From a virus (Duplodnaviria > Caudoviricetes): a stretch of DNA of 30,212 nt. The DNA is taken from IMG/VR virus record IMGVR_UViG_3300008459_000250, positions 1-30,212 of that record. One strand, 5' to 3'. Positions 1 to 6,923 of this stretch are shown piece by piece (position 1 is the first letter of the stretch; each line of letters begins with the position of its first letter). The translations under genes and the position numbers were made by a program. The notes beneath the pieces were generated by a model, which was not told the DNA's origin, searched no databases, and saw nothing but the letters and a program-made list of their open reading frames with translations.

Positions 1-1
1 T

Positions 2-664
2 GGTTTAACAGATGAGGTAACTGAGGGTACTTGGAAATGGGTTACTGGAGAAACCTATTCTTACACATCTTGGAATCCAGGAGAACCTAACAATGCCGGT
101 AATGAGGATTATGTGCAATTTGTTGGGAGTGGAAGATGGAATGATTTACCAAATAACCAATCACTACCCTACGTACTAGAGTTTGAGTATATAGTAACAA
201 CATCGTCTTGGACTTTATATAAAACAGCATATACAAACTCATCAGGATACTATTCGTTTAGCGAACCATACGATCCATCTAAGGAATATTATATTCAACT
301 AGATGTTGCTAATCCAGTTACCACAATAACAAACACTGATGTCATTGCTCCAACGGATGTGATTCTGTCTAAGATTGTTAGAAAGTCAATACACTTCAAT
401 CAATACGATGTGAATAATGATGGTGCAATCACAGTATCGGATGCATACTACATTAATAAAAAGAGAAACTTAACTGCTCCAACTTGGCCAGCTCTTAGAT
501 TATATACACCAGCTCAGTATACATCGCTCACAACTGGTACAACAGACCTACGAACAACAATACCTGGCGTTGCTAATATAACAATAAACACTCCAGTGTC
601 AGGAACCACAAACGCAAACTATTATTTGATCGCCCCAGGATACAAAGGGCAAGTAAGCTATTAA
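2..664 (+). CDS. 5'-truncated surface/adhesin-type protein: C-type lectin domain + short beta-sandwich + dockerin-like Ca-binding motif
   Basis: Frame 2 is open from base 2, upstream of the ORF-track start at 113, and reads [50 protein letters not shown], containing the CTLD EPN and WND motifs. Later come [14 protein letters not shown] (CnaB/SdrD-like strand pattern) and [16 protein letters not shown] (dockerin/EF-hand-like loop). Confidence 0.8.
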   Translation, partial: GLTDEVTEGTWKWVTGETYSYTSWNPGEPNNAGNEDYVQFVGSGRWNDLPNNQSLPYVLEFEYIVTTSSWTLYKTAYTNSSGYYSFSEPYDPSKEYYIQLDVANPVTTITNTDVIAPTDVILSKIVRKSIHFNQYDVNNDGAITVSDAYYINKKRNLTAPTWPALRLYTPAQYTSLTTGTTDLRTTIPGVANITINTPVSGTTNANYYLIAPGYKGQVSY

Positions 665-666
665 TT

Positions 667-1119
667 ATGAAATCACTATTATTTTTATTATTGATCATCC
701 CATCTTTTTTATTTGCTCAAGAGACTTGTGTTAAAGTTGACTCTGTATTCGTAACCGCAAAGGTTAGAGAACTGGGAAGCAGGGATATTAAATTTGGTAT
801 CAAGCAAATTGCAGAAGATTACCTTTCTGAGAAATACTGTCTATCACCAGAGGGTGCTTCAATTTGGGTTGAGGTTTACTACTTTGGTATTCCAAAAAAC
901 ACACTAAGAATTGCTGGTGTAGAAAAAACAGAACAGATTACTCAAGTCGGCGTTCGTCTTCATTACAAAGGATCTAAGTACGATGGTATTGGTGAATCAG
1001 CAACAGAAGTTAGAACTATGTTATTGGAGGTTCAAGAGGGACAAATGCCTTTTGAAAAGATGACAGTATCGTCAGCATTAAAAAAGGGACTAGCAGAGGC
1101 TATTCTTAAGCTTCCGTAA
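667..1119 (+). CDS. Secreted protein with signal peptide, possibly CsgG/TolB-N-like alpha/beta fold
   Basis: N-terminus MKSLLFLLLIIPSFLFA|Q is a Sec signal ending in the A|Q cleavage pattern common in Bacteroidota. The fold guess comes from the helix-strands-C-terminal helix pattern only. Confidence 0.55.
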   Translation: MKSLLFLLLIIPSFLFAQETCVKVDSVFVTAKVRELGSRDIKFGIKQIAEDYLSEKYCLSPEGASIWVEVYYFGIPKNTLRIAGVEKTEQITQVGVRLHYKGSKYDGIGESATEVRTMLLEVQEGQMPFEKMTVSSALKKGLAEAILKLP

Positions 1120-1120
1120 C

Positions 1121-1127
1121 TATTTAT
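1121..1127 (+). promoter_or_regulatory. TATTTAT putative late-promoter motif
   Basis: The same motif recurs intergenically at 6618, 10206, 17635, 24675 and 27110. Confidence 0.45.
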
Positions 1128-1131
1128 TAGC

Positions 1132-1581
1132 ATGAGATGGTTATTTGTTGTTTTAACTTGCTTAATATCGGTCAACCTATCTGCTCAGATTAAGGTGGAT
1201 GATGTCGGTGATGGCTGGAAAGCGAAAGTTGATTCAGCTCTGTCGATTATCCAACAATATGACATACAACGATACAATCTCCTAGTACAAAACTGCAATC
1301 AAGTACAATACTGGAATGGAAACTTCAGCACTACTGAAGGGTTTTCTATAATGATATCTACTCGTGAAATGAGAGCAGGCAACATCAATAACATAGCAGC
1401 TATACTCGTTCATGAATCGCTTCATTTATATTTTAAAAAAGGTAACTGCTCTCTATCCCCTAACGATGAGGAAGCTTCTTGCTATGCGTACGAGTTGGAC
1501 TTTTTAAACCACATACCTAATGTTGAGCCATGGCTGATTCAACATGCTAAAAATCAAATCAAATTCTATTGCAAGTCATGA
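1132..1581 (+). CDS. Secreted zincin-type metallopeptidase (HEXXH)
   Basis: Signal peptide MRWLFVVLTCLISVNLSA|Q; ILVHESLHL motif followed by a candidate third ligand Glu (DEEASCY). Confidence 0.65.
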   Translation: MRWLFVVLTCLISVNLSAQIKVDDVGDGWKAKVDSALSIIQQYDIQRYNLLVQNCNQVQYWNGNFSTTEGFSIMISTREMRAGNINNIAAILVHESLHLYFKKGNCSLSPNDEEASCYAYELDFLNHIPNVEPWLIQHAKNQIKFYCKS

Positions 1582-1763
1582 GTATACAGAATGAAGAAAT
1601 ATTAGAAGAGTTAATGTGGATTGCTTACGAGAACGATAAAGCTATTGAGCTAGTTGAACTTGCAGGTAGTTTCATTATGAAGAATGGTTTCTCGAGAATC
1701 CAAGCTTATGAGAAAGCATTCAATGAGTTAGGTTTAGTAATACCAGATAACATTCAAATTTAA
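1578..1763 (+). CDS. Hypothetical protein (61 aa)
   Basis: ATG at 1578 overlaps the upstream TGA (ATGA coupling), which is more plausible than the TTG at 1569. Confidence 0.7.
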   Translation: MSIQNEEILEELMWIAYENDKAIELVELAGSFIMKNGFSRIQAYEKAFNELGLVIPDNIQI

Positions 1764-1766
1764 CAT

Positions 1767-2621
1767 ATGCTACTAAAAAGAGGATCCACTGGAGAGGACG
1801 TAAAAAAACTCCAAGAAAAGTTGGGCGTAGAAGCCATTGGTACATTTGGACCAAAAACAGAAGAAGCTGTAAAGGCTTGGCAAAAAGCTAACGGATTAAA
1901 GGATGATGGTATCGTTGGTGATGGTACTTGGGGAAAGATGTTTGGAACATCAGCACCCGCTACACCTGCACCTGCTCCTGCAACACCAGTTGCTGCTCCG
2001 GTTGTTATTCCAGCGTCTAGCTTTAAATTAGATGCGTTGAAAGGACACATTCCAGATGCAGTAATTGCTCAGATTCCTGACACAGCAGCTAAATTCAACA
2101 TCACAAACACTTTACGTCTAGCACACTTCTTGGCACAATGTGGTCACGAGTCTGGTGGATTCAAAGCTGTTAGCGAAAACTTAAATTACTCCTCCAAAGG
2201 ACTAATGGGTATTTTCAGAAAGTACTTCCCAACTGCAGTATTGGCTGAAGCGTACCAACGTCAACCAGAAAAAATTGCAAATCGTGTTTATTCATCTAGA
2301 ATGGGTAATGGCGATGAAGCTTCTGGAGATGGCTATAAATACCGCGGTCGCGGATATATTCAATTGACCGGAAAGTCTAACTATATGGCTTTTGATAAAA
2401 TGGTCGAAGAAGACTTGTTAGCTCATCCAGAACTTGTTGCTAGTAAATACCCTCTAATGTCAGCTGCGTTCTTTTTCAATAACAATAAGCTTTGGGCTAT
2501 TTGTGATCAAGGTGCTACTGATGCAGTTGTTACATCCGTTACAAAAAGAGTAAATGGTGGTACTATCGGCTTGGCTGATCGTATCAAGCATTTTAAAGAG
2601 TACTACAATCTATTAAAATAA
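1767..2621 (+). CDS. Endolysin: N-terminal peptidoglycan-binding domain (PG_binding_1), Pro/Ala linker, GH19 muramidase domain
   Basis: LKRGSTGEDVKKLQEKLG...FGPKTEEAVKAWQKANGLKDDGIVGDGTW; GH19 motifs RLAHFLAQCGHESGGF, ENLNYS, YRGRGYIQLTGKSNY, TKRVNGGTIGLADR. Confidence 0.93.
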   Translation: MLLKRGSTGEDVKKLQEKLGVEAIGTFGPKTEEAVKAWQKANGLKDDGIVGDGTWGKMFGTSAPATPAPAPATPVAAPVVIPASSFKLDALKGHIPDAVIAQIPDTAAKFNITNTLRLAHFLAQCGHESGGFKAVSENLNYSSKGLMGIFRKYFPTAVLAEAYQRQPEKIANRVYSSRMGNGDEASGDGYKYRGRGYIQLTGKSNYMAFDKMVEEDLLAHPELVASKYPLMSAAFFFNNNKLWAICDQGATDAVVTSVTKRVNGGTIGLADRIKHFKEYYNLLK

Positions 2622-2625
2622 AGTA

Positions 2626-3216
2626 ATGGCTTATACAAGAGAACAAATTGAAGCCGCTGTTAAAGCTAAGGGGTATGCTTGGTTTGAAGGCGCAAAAGAT
2701 TTCGATGTTAACATCGTAGGAGTTAGAAACTCTGCAACTGGTAATGTTGTAACAAACGTGTTTGATGACACCATGACAGTCTCATATAAAGAGGGTGGTG
2801 AATGGAAGTTTCATCAATGGACTTGCACAACCGATCCAGGTAAGAAGGGTGTTAAAGAGTATCATAACGCTGCTGGTGTAGCACGTCTAGTGGAAGGACA
2901 ATACAGAGGTTCACATACATTAGGATTACACCAAGGTAAGTACGAGGCTCTCAAACAACAAAAACCAGTTAAAGTTTATCGTGATGCAAATCGTGATATG
3001 ACTTATGACGAAAATAAAATTGCAGAAGGAGTATTTGGAATTAACATTCATAAAGCAGGTGCTGACTCTACTTATGTAGAGAACTGGTCTGAAGGATGTC
3101 AAGTATTCAAGAAAGCTGCAGACTTTGAATCATTCATGGCTATTTGTAGAAAGGCTGCTGCTATTCATGGTAAGTCTTTTACATATACCCTAATTGAATC
3201 AGCTGATATTAAATGA
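2626..3216 (+). CDS. YkuD/L,D-transpeptidase-like Cys-His protein (putative peptidoglycan peptidase)
   Basis: GINIHKAG...NWSEGCQV matches the H-x(14-17)-S-x-G-C catalytic pattern; directly downstream of the endolysin. Confidence 0.6.
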   Translation: MAYTREQIEAAVKAKGYAWFEGAKDFDVNIVGVRNSATGNVVTNVFDDTMTVSYKEGGEWKFHQWTCTTDPGKKGVKEYHNAAGVARLVEGQYRGSHTLGLHQGKYEALKQQKPVKVYRDANRDMTYDENKIAEGVFGINIHKAGADSTYVENWSEGCQVFKKAADFESFMAICRKAAAIHGKSFTYTLIESADIK

Positions 3217-3965
3217 TAAAACTATCAAGACTATTAATTGAAGGAGCTTACGATAGAGTAGTAGGCGAAGTAAATAAAGCCATCTTCAAAGTAATGAAAG
3301 ATGCCTTTGCCGCTGCCGGTACACCAGAGAATCCAAAAACCTATAATGGTTATGAGATTTTCAAAGATCCTATTCCTGGTCAAACACTGCAAGATGTTTT
3401 TGAAGACGAAGACTATGGAATAGAAGTGGGTGAATTTGAAACTCCTGAAGGTAGTTTTGAGGTTGAATTAAAATTAGCAATATCCGTTGATGCCGTAGAA
3501 CCTGGCAAACATTTTATCGATGGTGGTGCAGAAGATGATTCTGACTTTCCAAAGATTGAGGTTCATATTGGATTAAACTCTATAGACGAAACAATGTACT
3601 CCAAGCTGCAACCATGGTTGCGTGATTTGATGAGACATGAGATTGAACACCTTACCCACGGAAAAGATTCTGACCTATTAAAACCGTCAAAGCTTATCCG
3701 TGGGGATAAGGCTCTTCGTAAGAAGATCCAGTCTAATCCAGAAATGTATTACAAGTACTTTCTATTACCCAAAGAGGTTGATGCTAATATCCATGGCTTA
3801 TATGCCAAAGCAAAGACTATAAAGCAACCGTACCAAAAAGTGGTTGATGATTATTTGGATAGTCTAGTTGATGATGGAGTCATTAAACCAAACCATCGAG
3901 CTGAAATATATAATAAATGGAAAGCTCGTATTCCTAAGATCGGTGGTCTACCAACACTAAAATAA
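3213..3965 (+). CDS. Zincin-like metallopeptidase, possibly capsid-internal protein
   Basis: LMRHEIEHLTH (HEXXH) with downstream EVDAN; N-terminal MIKLSRLLIE resembles a T4-type prohead-protease leader ending L/I-x-E. Confidence 0.6.
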   Translation: MIKLSRLLIEGAYDRVVGEVNKAIFKVMKDAFAAAGTPENPKTYNGYEIFKDPIPGQTLQDVFEDEDYGIEVGEFETPEGSFEVELKLAISVDAVEPGKHFIDGGAEDDSDFPKIEVHIGLNSIDETMYSKLQPWLRDLMRHEIEHLTHGKDSDLLKPSKLIRGDKALRKKIQSNPEMYYKYFLLPKEVDANIHGLYAKAKTIKQPYQKVVDDYLDSLVDDGVIKPNHRAEIYNKWKARIPKIGGLPTLK

Positions 3966-3977
3966 ACCAAGCAACTG

Positions 3978-4008
3978 TTGCTTTTTATGTGAGTTTATAC
4001 TATATTTG
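3978..4008 (+). promoter_or_regulatory. Bacteroidota-type housekeeping promoter (TTG-N20-TATATTTG)
   Basis: TTG at 3978-3980, 20-nt spacer, TATATTTG at 4001-4008, an exact match to the TAnnTTTG -7 element. Confidence 0.75.
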
Positions 4009-4012
4009 TCTC

Positions 4013-4525
4013 ATGGAGACAACTTTATATAACTCACGACAGATCGAGCAAGCGGTTCTACGCATTGCCGATGTGGTTAATCAAAACTGTCGCAATCGTA
4101 GCGATGTTGTTTTGATGCCTATATTACAGGGTGCTGTTCCCTTATTTGCTGATGTATGTAAACATTTGGAGTTTGATCCTTATGTTGAATACATTGGTGT
4201 TAGCTCTTACGTACAGCAACAGCAAAAGCAATTTAACTTATATAAATGGGTTGAGCCAACTACAGTCCAGGATAAGTGTGTATGGCTGTTTGATGACATT
4301 GCTGATTCTGGAAACACGTTAAACTTTCTAAAGTCTATGCTTATGCAGATGGGTGCTAAAGAAGTTCACACGTGTGTGTTATTAAAAAAACGAACTTGTC
4401 CAGTGGAAGTGGATGTAGCCGGTTTTGTTATGGGTGACGAGTGGGTATGGGGCTATGGTATGGATGCTTCAGATGGACGCGGTAGAATTCTTGACGAAAT
4501 CGTATGTAAAAATGAAAAGAACTAG
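4013..4525 (+). CDS. hpt: Hypoxanthine(-guanine) phosphoribosyltransferase
   Basis: ILQGAVPLFAD, IGVSSY, PRPP-binding loop VWLFDDIADSGNTL, LLKK, WVWGYGMD...GR. ATG 4013 is preferred over GTG 3989, which lies inside the promoter. Confidence 0.9.
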   Translation: METTLYNSRQIEQAVLRIADVVNQNCRNRSDVVLMPILQGAVPLFADVCKHLEFDPYVEYIGVSSYVQQQQKQFNLYKWVEPTTVQDKCVWLFDDIADSGNTLNFLKSMLMQMGAKEVHTCVLLKKRTCPVEVDVAGFVMGDEWVWGYGMDASDGRGRILDEIVCKNEKN

Positions 4526-4529
4526 ACAA

Positions 4530-4868
4530 ATGAATATGTTAATTGTAGCTTCTATAGTTGTATTCTTTATAGCACAATCTTTAGCATGGCTACAGATTAA
4601 CGGTCAGTTTGTTTGGCCTTGGATGAAAGATCATCGCTTATTAATTAGTCTTAGTGGTGTACCAATCAGCTATCTACTGATGGTTGCTACTGACTTAGCT
4701 TACGAAGGAATGGAAGGTAAGATATGGCCAGGACGCTTGATGGCGTTTGCTGTTGGTATCTTAGTTTTTACAGTGTTTACAAATTTATTGCTGGGAGAGG
4801 GGATGACTCCTAAAGTTGGAGTCAGTCTTGCATTAGCAACTATACTATTAATAATTCAGCTACTATGA
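4530..4868 (+). CDS. Small integral membrane protein (~4 TM, SMR/DMT-like size)
   Basis: Four hydrophobic segments. The ATG at 4530, just after the hpt stop, is more plausible than 4425. Confidence 0.65.
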   Translation: MNMLIVASIVVFFIAQSLAWLQINGQFVWPWMKDHRLLISLSGVPISYLLMVATDLAYEGMEGKIWPGRLMAFAVGILVFTVFTNLLLGEGMTPKVGVSLALATILLIIQLL

Positions 4869-5068
4869 AAATAATTTTATGGATACACAGAGAGCGTCTT
4901 GAAGACCTCCACAAACGCATTGTTGACTGGGTTAATTATATCGAGTCTGGAGAACCTTCACCTCTCAACCTTAGTGTTAGTCAAGTCGGCCATCACTGGA
5001 TTCAGGTTACGCTCGATTATCATACGTACATTGGTTTATTGGATAACGATGCTATTAAAATAATTTAG
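4865..5068 (+). CDS. Hypothetical protein (67 aa)
   Basis: ATGA overlap with the upstream stop; co-oriented. Confidence 0.65.
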   Translation: MKIILWIHRERLEDLHKRIVDWVNYIESGEPSPLNLSVSQVGHHWIQVTLDYHTYIGLLDNDAIKII

Positions 5069-5074
5069 TATCTG

Positions 5075-5106
5075 TTGCCTTTTTCAAATAAAGGTAGTAT
5101 ATTTAT
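5075..5106 (+). promoter_or_regulatory. tmRNA promoter: TTG-N20-TATATTTA overlapping a TATTTAT late motif
   Basis: TTG at 5075-5077, TATATTTA at 5098-5105, TATTTAT at 5100-5106. Confidence 0.7.
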
Positions 5107-5116
5107 TAAACGCTTT

Positions 5117-5461
5117 GGGGCTGTTATGGCTTTCGACAGGCAGAAGAAGTTCTTTGAGATGATGCAGGCAGGGTTAGATGGAAACCCTTAAACACCTATC
5201 AAAACAATAAACGCAAACGTAGATTATTCTACGGAGTATTACGCAGTAGCTGCCTAATCTCCCCCGTATTACTCATGGGATTAAAAAGAAGTAAAACGAA
5301 ACGCGTTTTTGTAATTTGTACCTTAAACAAATAGCCTACAGTTTACGAGTGGGAGTAGCAATACAAACTCGATAGTTTGTCTGTTTAGAAAAATAGACTA
5401 AGCCTGTGAATGAGTCCTTTGGCTCACTGTTTGGACACGGGTTCGACTCCCGTCAGCTCCA
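5117..5461 (+). ncRNA. ssrA: tmRNA (transfer-messenger RNA), one-piece; tag reading frame 5213-5257 encodes (A)ANVDYSTEYYAVAA*
   Basis: 5' GGGGCTG pairs with 3' CAGCTCC-A, including the G3.U70 alanine identity pair. TTCGAC follows in the D-like loop, the T-arm is ACGGGTTCGACTCCCGT, the resume codon GCA follows AATAAAC, and the tag ends in AA. CCA is not encoded (ACAA). Confidence 0.96.
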
Positions 5462-5482
5462 CAAAAAAAATTAATAAAGATG

Positions 5483-5513
5483 TTGCCTAATTGATAAAAA
5501 GGTTGTATCTTTA
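5483..5513 (+). promoter_or_regulatory. Promoter for the large ncRNA (TTG-N20-TATCTTTA); predicted TSS ~5518
   Basis: Same geometry as the promoters at 3978 and 5075, all preceded by TG (TGTTGC). Confidence 0.72.
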
Positions 5514-5525
5514 TAGAAATAAAGG

Positions 5526-5553
5526 GTCACAAAGGTGACGACGTTCTTTGAAA
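5526..5553 (+). promoter_or_regulatory. rrn-like antitermination leader: hairpin GTCAC-AAAG-GTGAC followed by boxA-like CGTTCTTTGAAA
   Basis: Perfect 5-bp hairpin at 5526-5539. 5542-5553 resembles the boxA consensus (E. coli TGCTCTTTAACA; GTTCTTTGAAAA in many rRNA operons). Confidence 0.6.
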
Positions 5554-5559
5554 AATATT

Positions 5560-6447
5560 ATTATCCGTTCAGTAGTTGATTATGAGACCTTCGGGTTGAT
5601 TATGAGACATTTAATCTGATAAATGATGATCGGCCGCCTATGGTCGTTAAATAAACTGGGAAACCAGGCTAAAGTGAATTACATTTTGTCAATGTAGTTT
5701 GCGGCTTCGTAAGGAGCTCGAGTAGGCAAGTAGGATATCATTAAACCTTGAGTACCGAGGGTAACACTGTAGGGGAACTGGTTTGATGACTAGGTGATGC
5801 AGGTCATTTAGTTGAGCTCGGAAGAGCAATAAGAATAACCTATAGGAATCAATTTATTGCAAGAAGCATTCTTATCCGAGTTTGTTATTGCGGTTTCCAA
5901 TACAAGAGGGATCTTAAAGCCGAAAGGCAATGTCAGTGTACAAGTGGTGTTGTTACTGCACCGTAAATGAACCCACCAAGGTTTGTTTATGTAGAACTCT
6001 TAAAGTATGGAGGTAGGGATATCTCAGAGAGTAGTTGAGTATTGACTCGTTCAAAAGATGGGTCAGCTTAGTGGTAAGCCACTACTTTCATAATCTGCGA
6101 CTAATACCTTAATTTGCTCTATGATACGCAAATATCACTAAACAGTTAAGCAAAAGCGCTTACCAGCTACCGACGAAAGGTGCCTACCTAGTACTGGGCT
6201 GTCCAGTGCCACCAATGATCGCAAGTCAAAGGTGATTCGTCCGAAAGGTCTGTAGTCCCGCAAGGATTAATCAGTTCGGCAGAGTTGAACAGAATAAGTA
6301 AGACGAGAGTAGTCGAAACACGTAGCTCCAAGAGTGGTGTACTTAAATCACCGGCATTGATGGGATACTTCTCAAAAGGAAGTGGACAAGAAGGGAATCA
6401 ATAATCCAACAAAAGATCCATCACTCAAACGTATAGTCTCAGCGTTT
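5560..6447 (+). ncRNA. Large (~890 nt) highly structured non-coding RNA, GOLLD-like
   Basis: No ORF >=60 aa. Many GNRA/UUCG-capped hairpins (5587-5596, 5656-5667, 5704-5717, 5816-5827, 5919-5928, 6010-6025, 6241-6248), G.U-rich helices and long-range pairings (5722-5728/6181-6187, 5761-5766/5951-5956, 6072-6079/6158-6165, 6165-6170/6322-6327). It has its own promoter and is flanked by tmRNA and tRNA. Structured-RNA status is well supported; the GOLLD assignment rests on size, phage context and tRNA adjacency. Confidence 0.75.
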
Positions 6448-6458
6448 TTTAACTAGAT

Positions 6459-6531
<73 letters not shown>

Positions 6532-6581
6532 CAAAAATAATTTTCTTTTGCTATGTTTTTCATAGCTTGTGTGTGTGATGA

Positions 6582-6611
6582 AGGGCTGGTTTTTACCGGC
6601 CTTTCTCTTTT
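6582..6611 (+). terminator. Probable intrinsic terminator ending the RNA island
   Basis: AGGGCTGGT-TTTT-ACCGGCCTT hairpin followed by TCTCTTTT. Confidence 0.65.
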
Positions 6612-6617
6612 GCAAAC

Positions 6618-6624
6618 TATTTAT
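6618..6624 (+). promoter_or_regulatory. TATTTAT putative late-promoter motif
   Basis: Lies just after the terminator and upstream of the 47-aa ORF. Confidence 0.5.
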
Positions 6625-6654
6625 AGTCAGTAACAACACATAACAACACTATCT

Positions 6655-6798
6655 ATGGCAAAAGCAAAAGTTAGCACCGTTTCTGCATTCAAGAAGAAAC
6701 CAAAAGTAAAGAGACCTGGGATTCATGCTAAAACTAAACAGAGCAAGAATAAGAACAGTAAGAACTACACAAAGGTGTATGTCGCACAGGGACATTAA
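6655..6798 (+). CDS. Small highly basic protein (47 aa), absent from the ORF track
   Basis: MAKAKVSTVSAFKKKPKVKRPGIHAKTKQSKNKNSKNYTKVYVAQGH*; ATG 6655, TAA 6796-6798; no acidic residues; preceded by TATTTAT. Confidence 0.8.
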   Translation: MAKAKVSTVSAFKKKPKVKRPGIHAKTKQSKNKNSKNYTKVYVAQGH

Positions 6799-6923
6799 AA
6801 TTATTTTCAATTATTTTTCCCAAACTGTTGGATTTCTGGTTTTTTTTCCTGATATTGTAAAGGTACAATAGTACAATTATATACTTTAAACTTTATTAAT
6901 TTAAAAACAAAAACAAAGAAGTT

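Noticed and set aside
4530-4868. Holin call
   Set aside because: Multi-TM and small, but under a host-type promoter with hpt rather than in the lysis pair; no positive evidence.
5575-5608. Mini CRISPR array
   Set aside because: Only two 14-bp copies with a 6-nt spacer and no cas genes; better explained as RNA structure.
5560-6447. Group I/II intron, RNase P RNA or rRNA fragment as the identity of the large RNA
   Set aside because: No interrupted host gene, no group II domain V or GUGCG start, no RNase P GAGGAAAGUCC signature and no rRNA universal motifs were found by eye. A covariance search is still needed for formal exclusion.
6550-6649. GCTATG/CATAGC hairpin, (TG)n run and TAACAACAC direct repeat after the tRNA
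   Set aside because: Short low-complexity features around the terminator; not enough to call a separate element.
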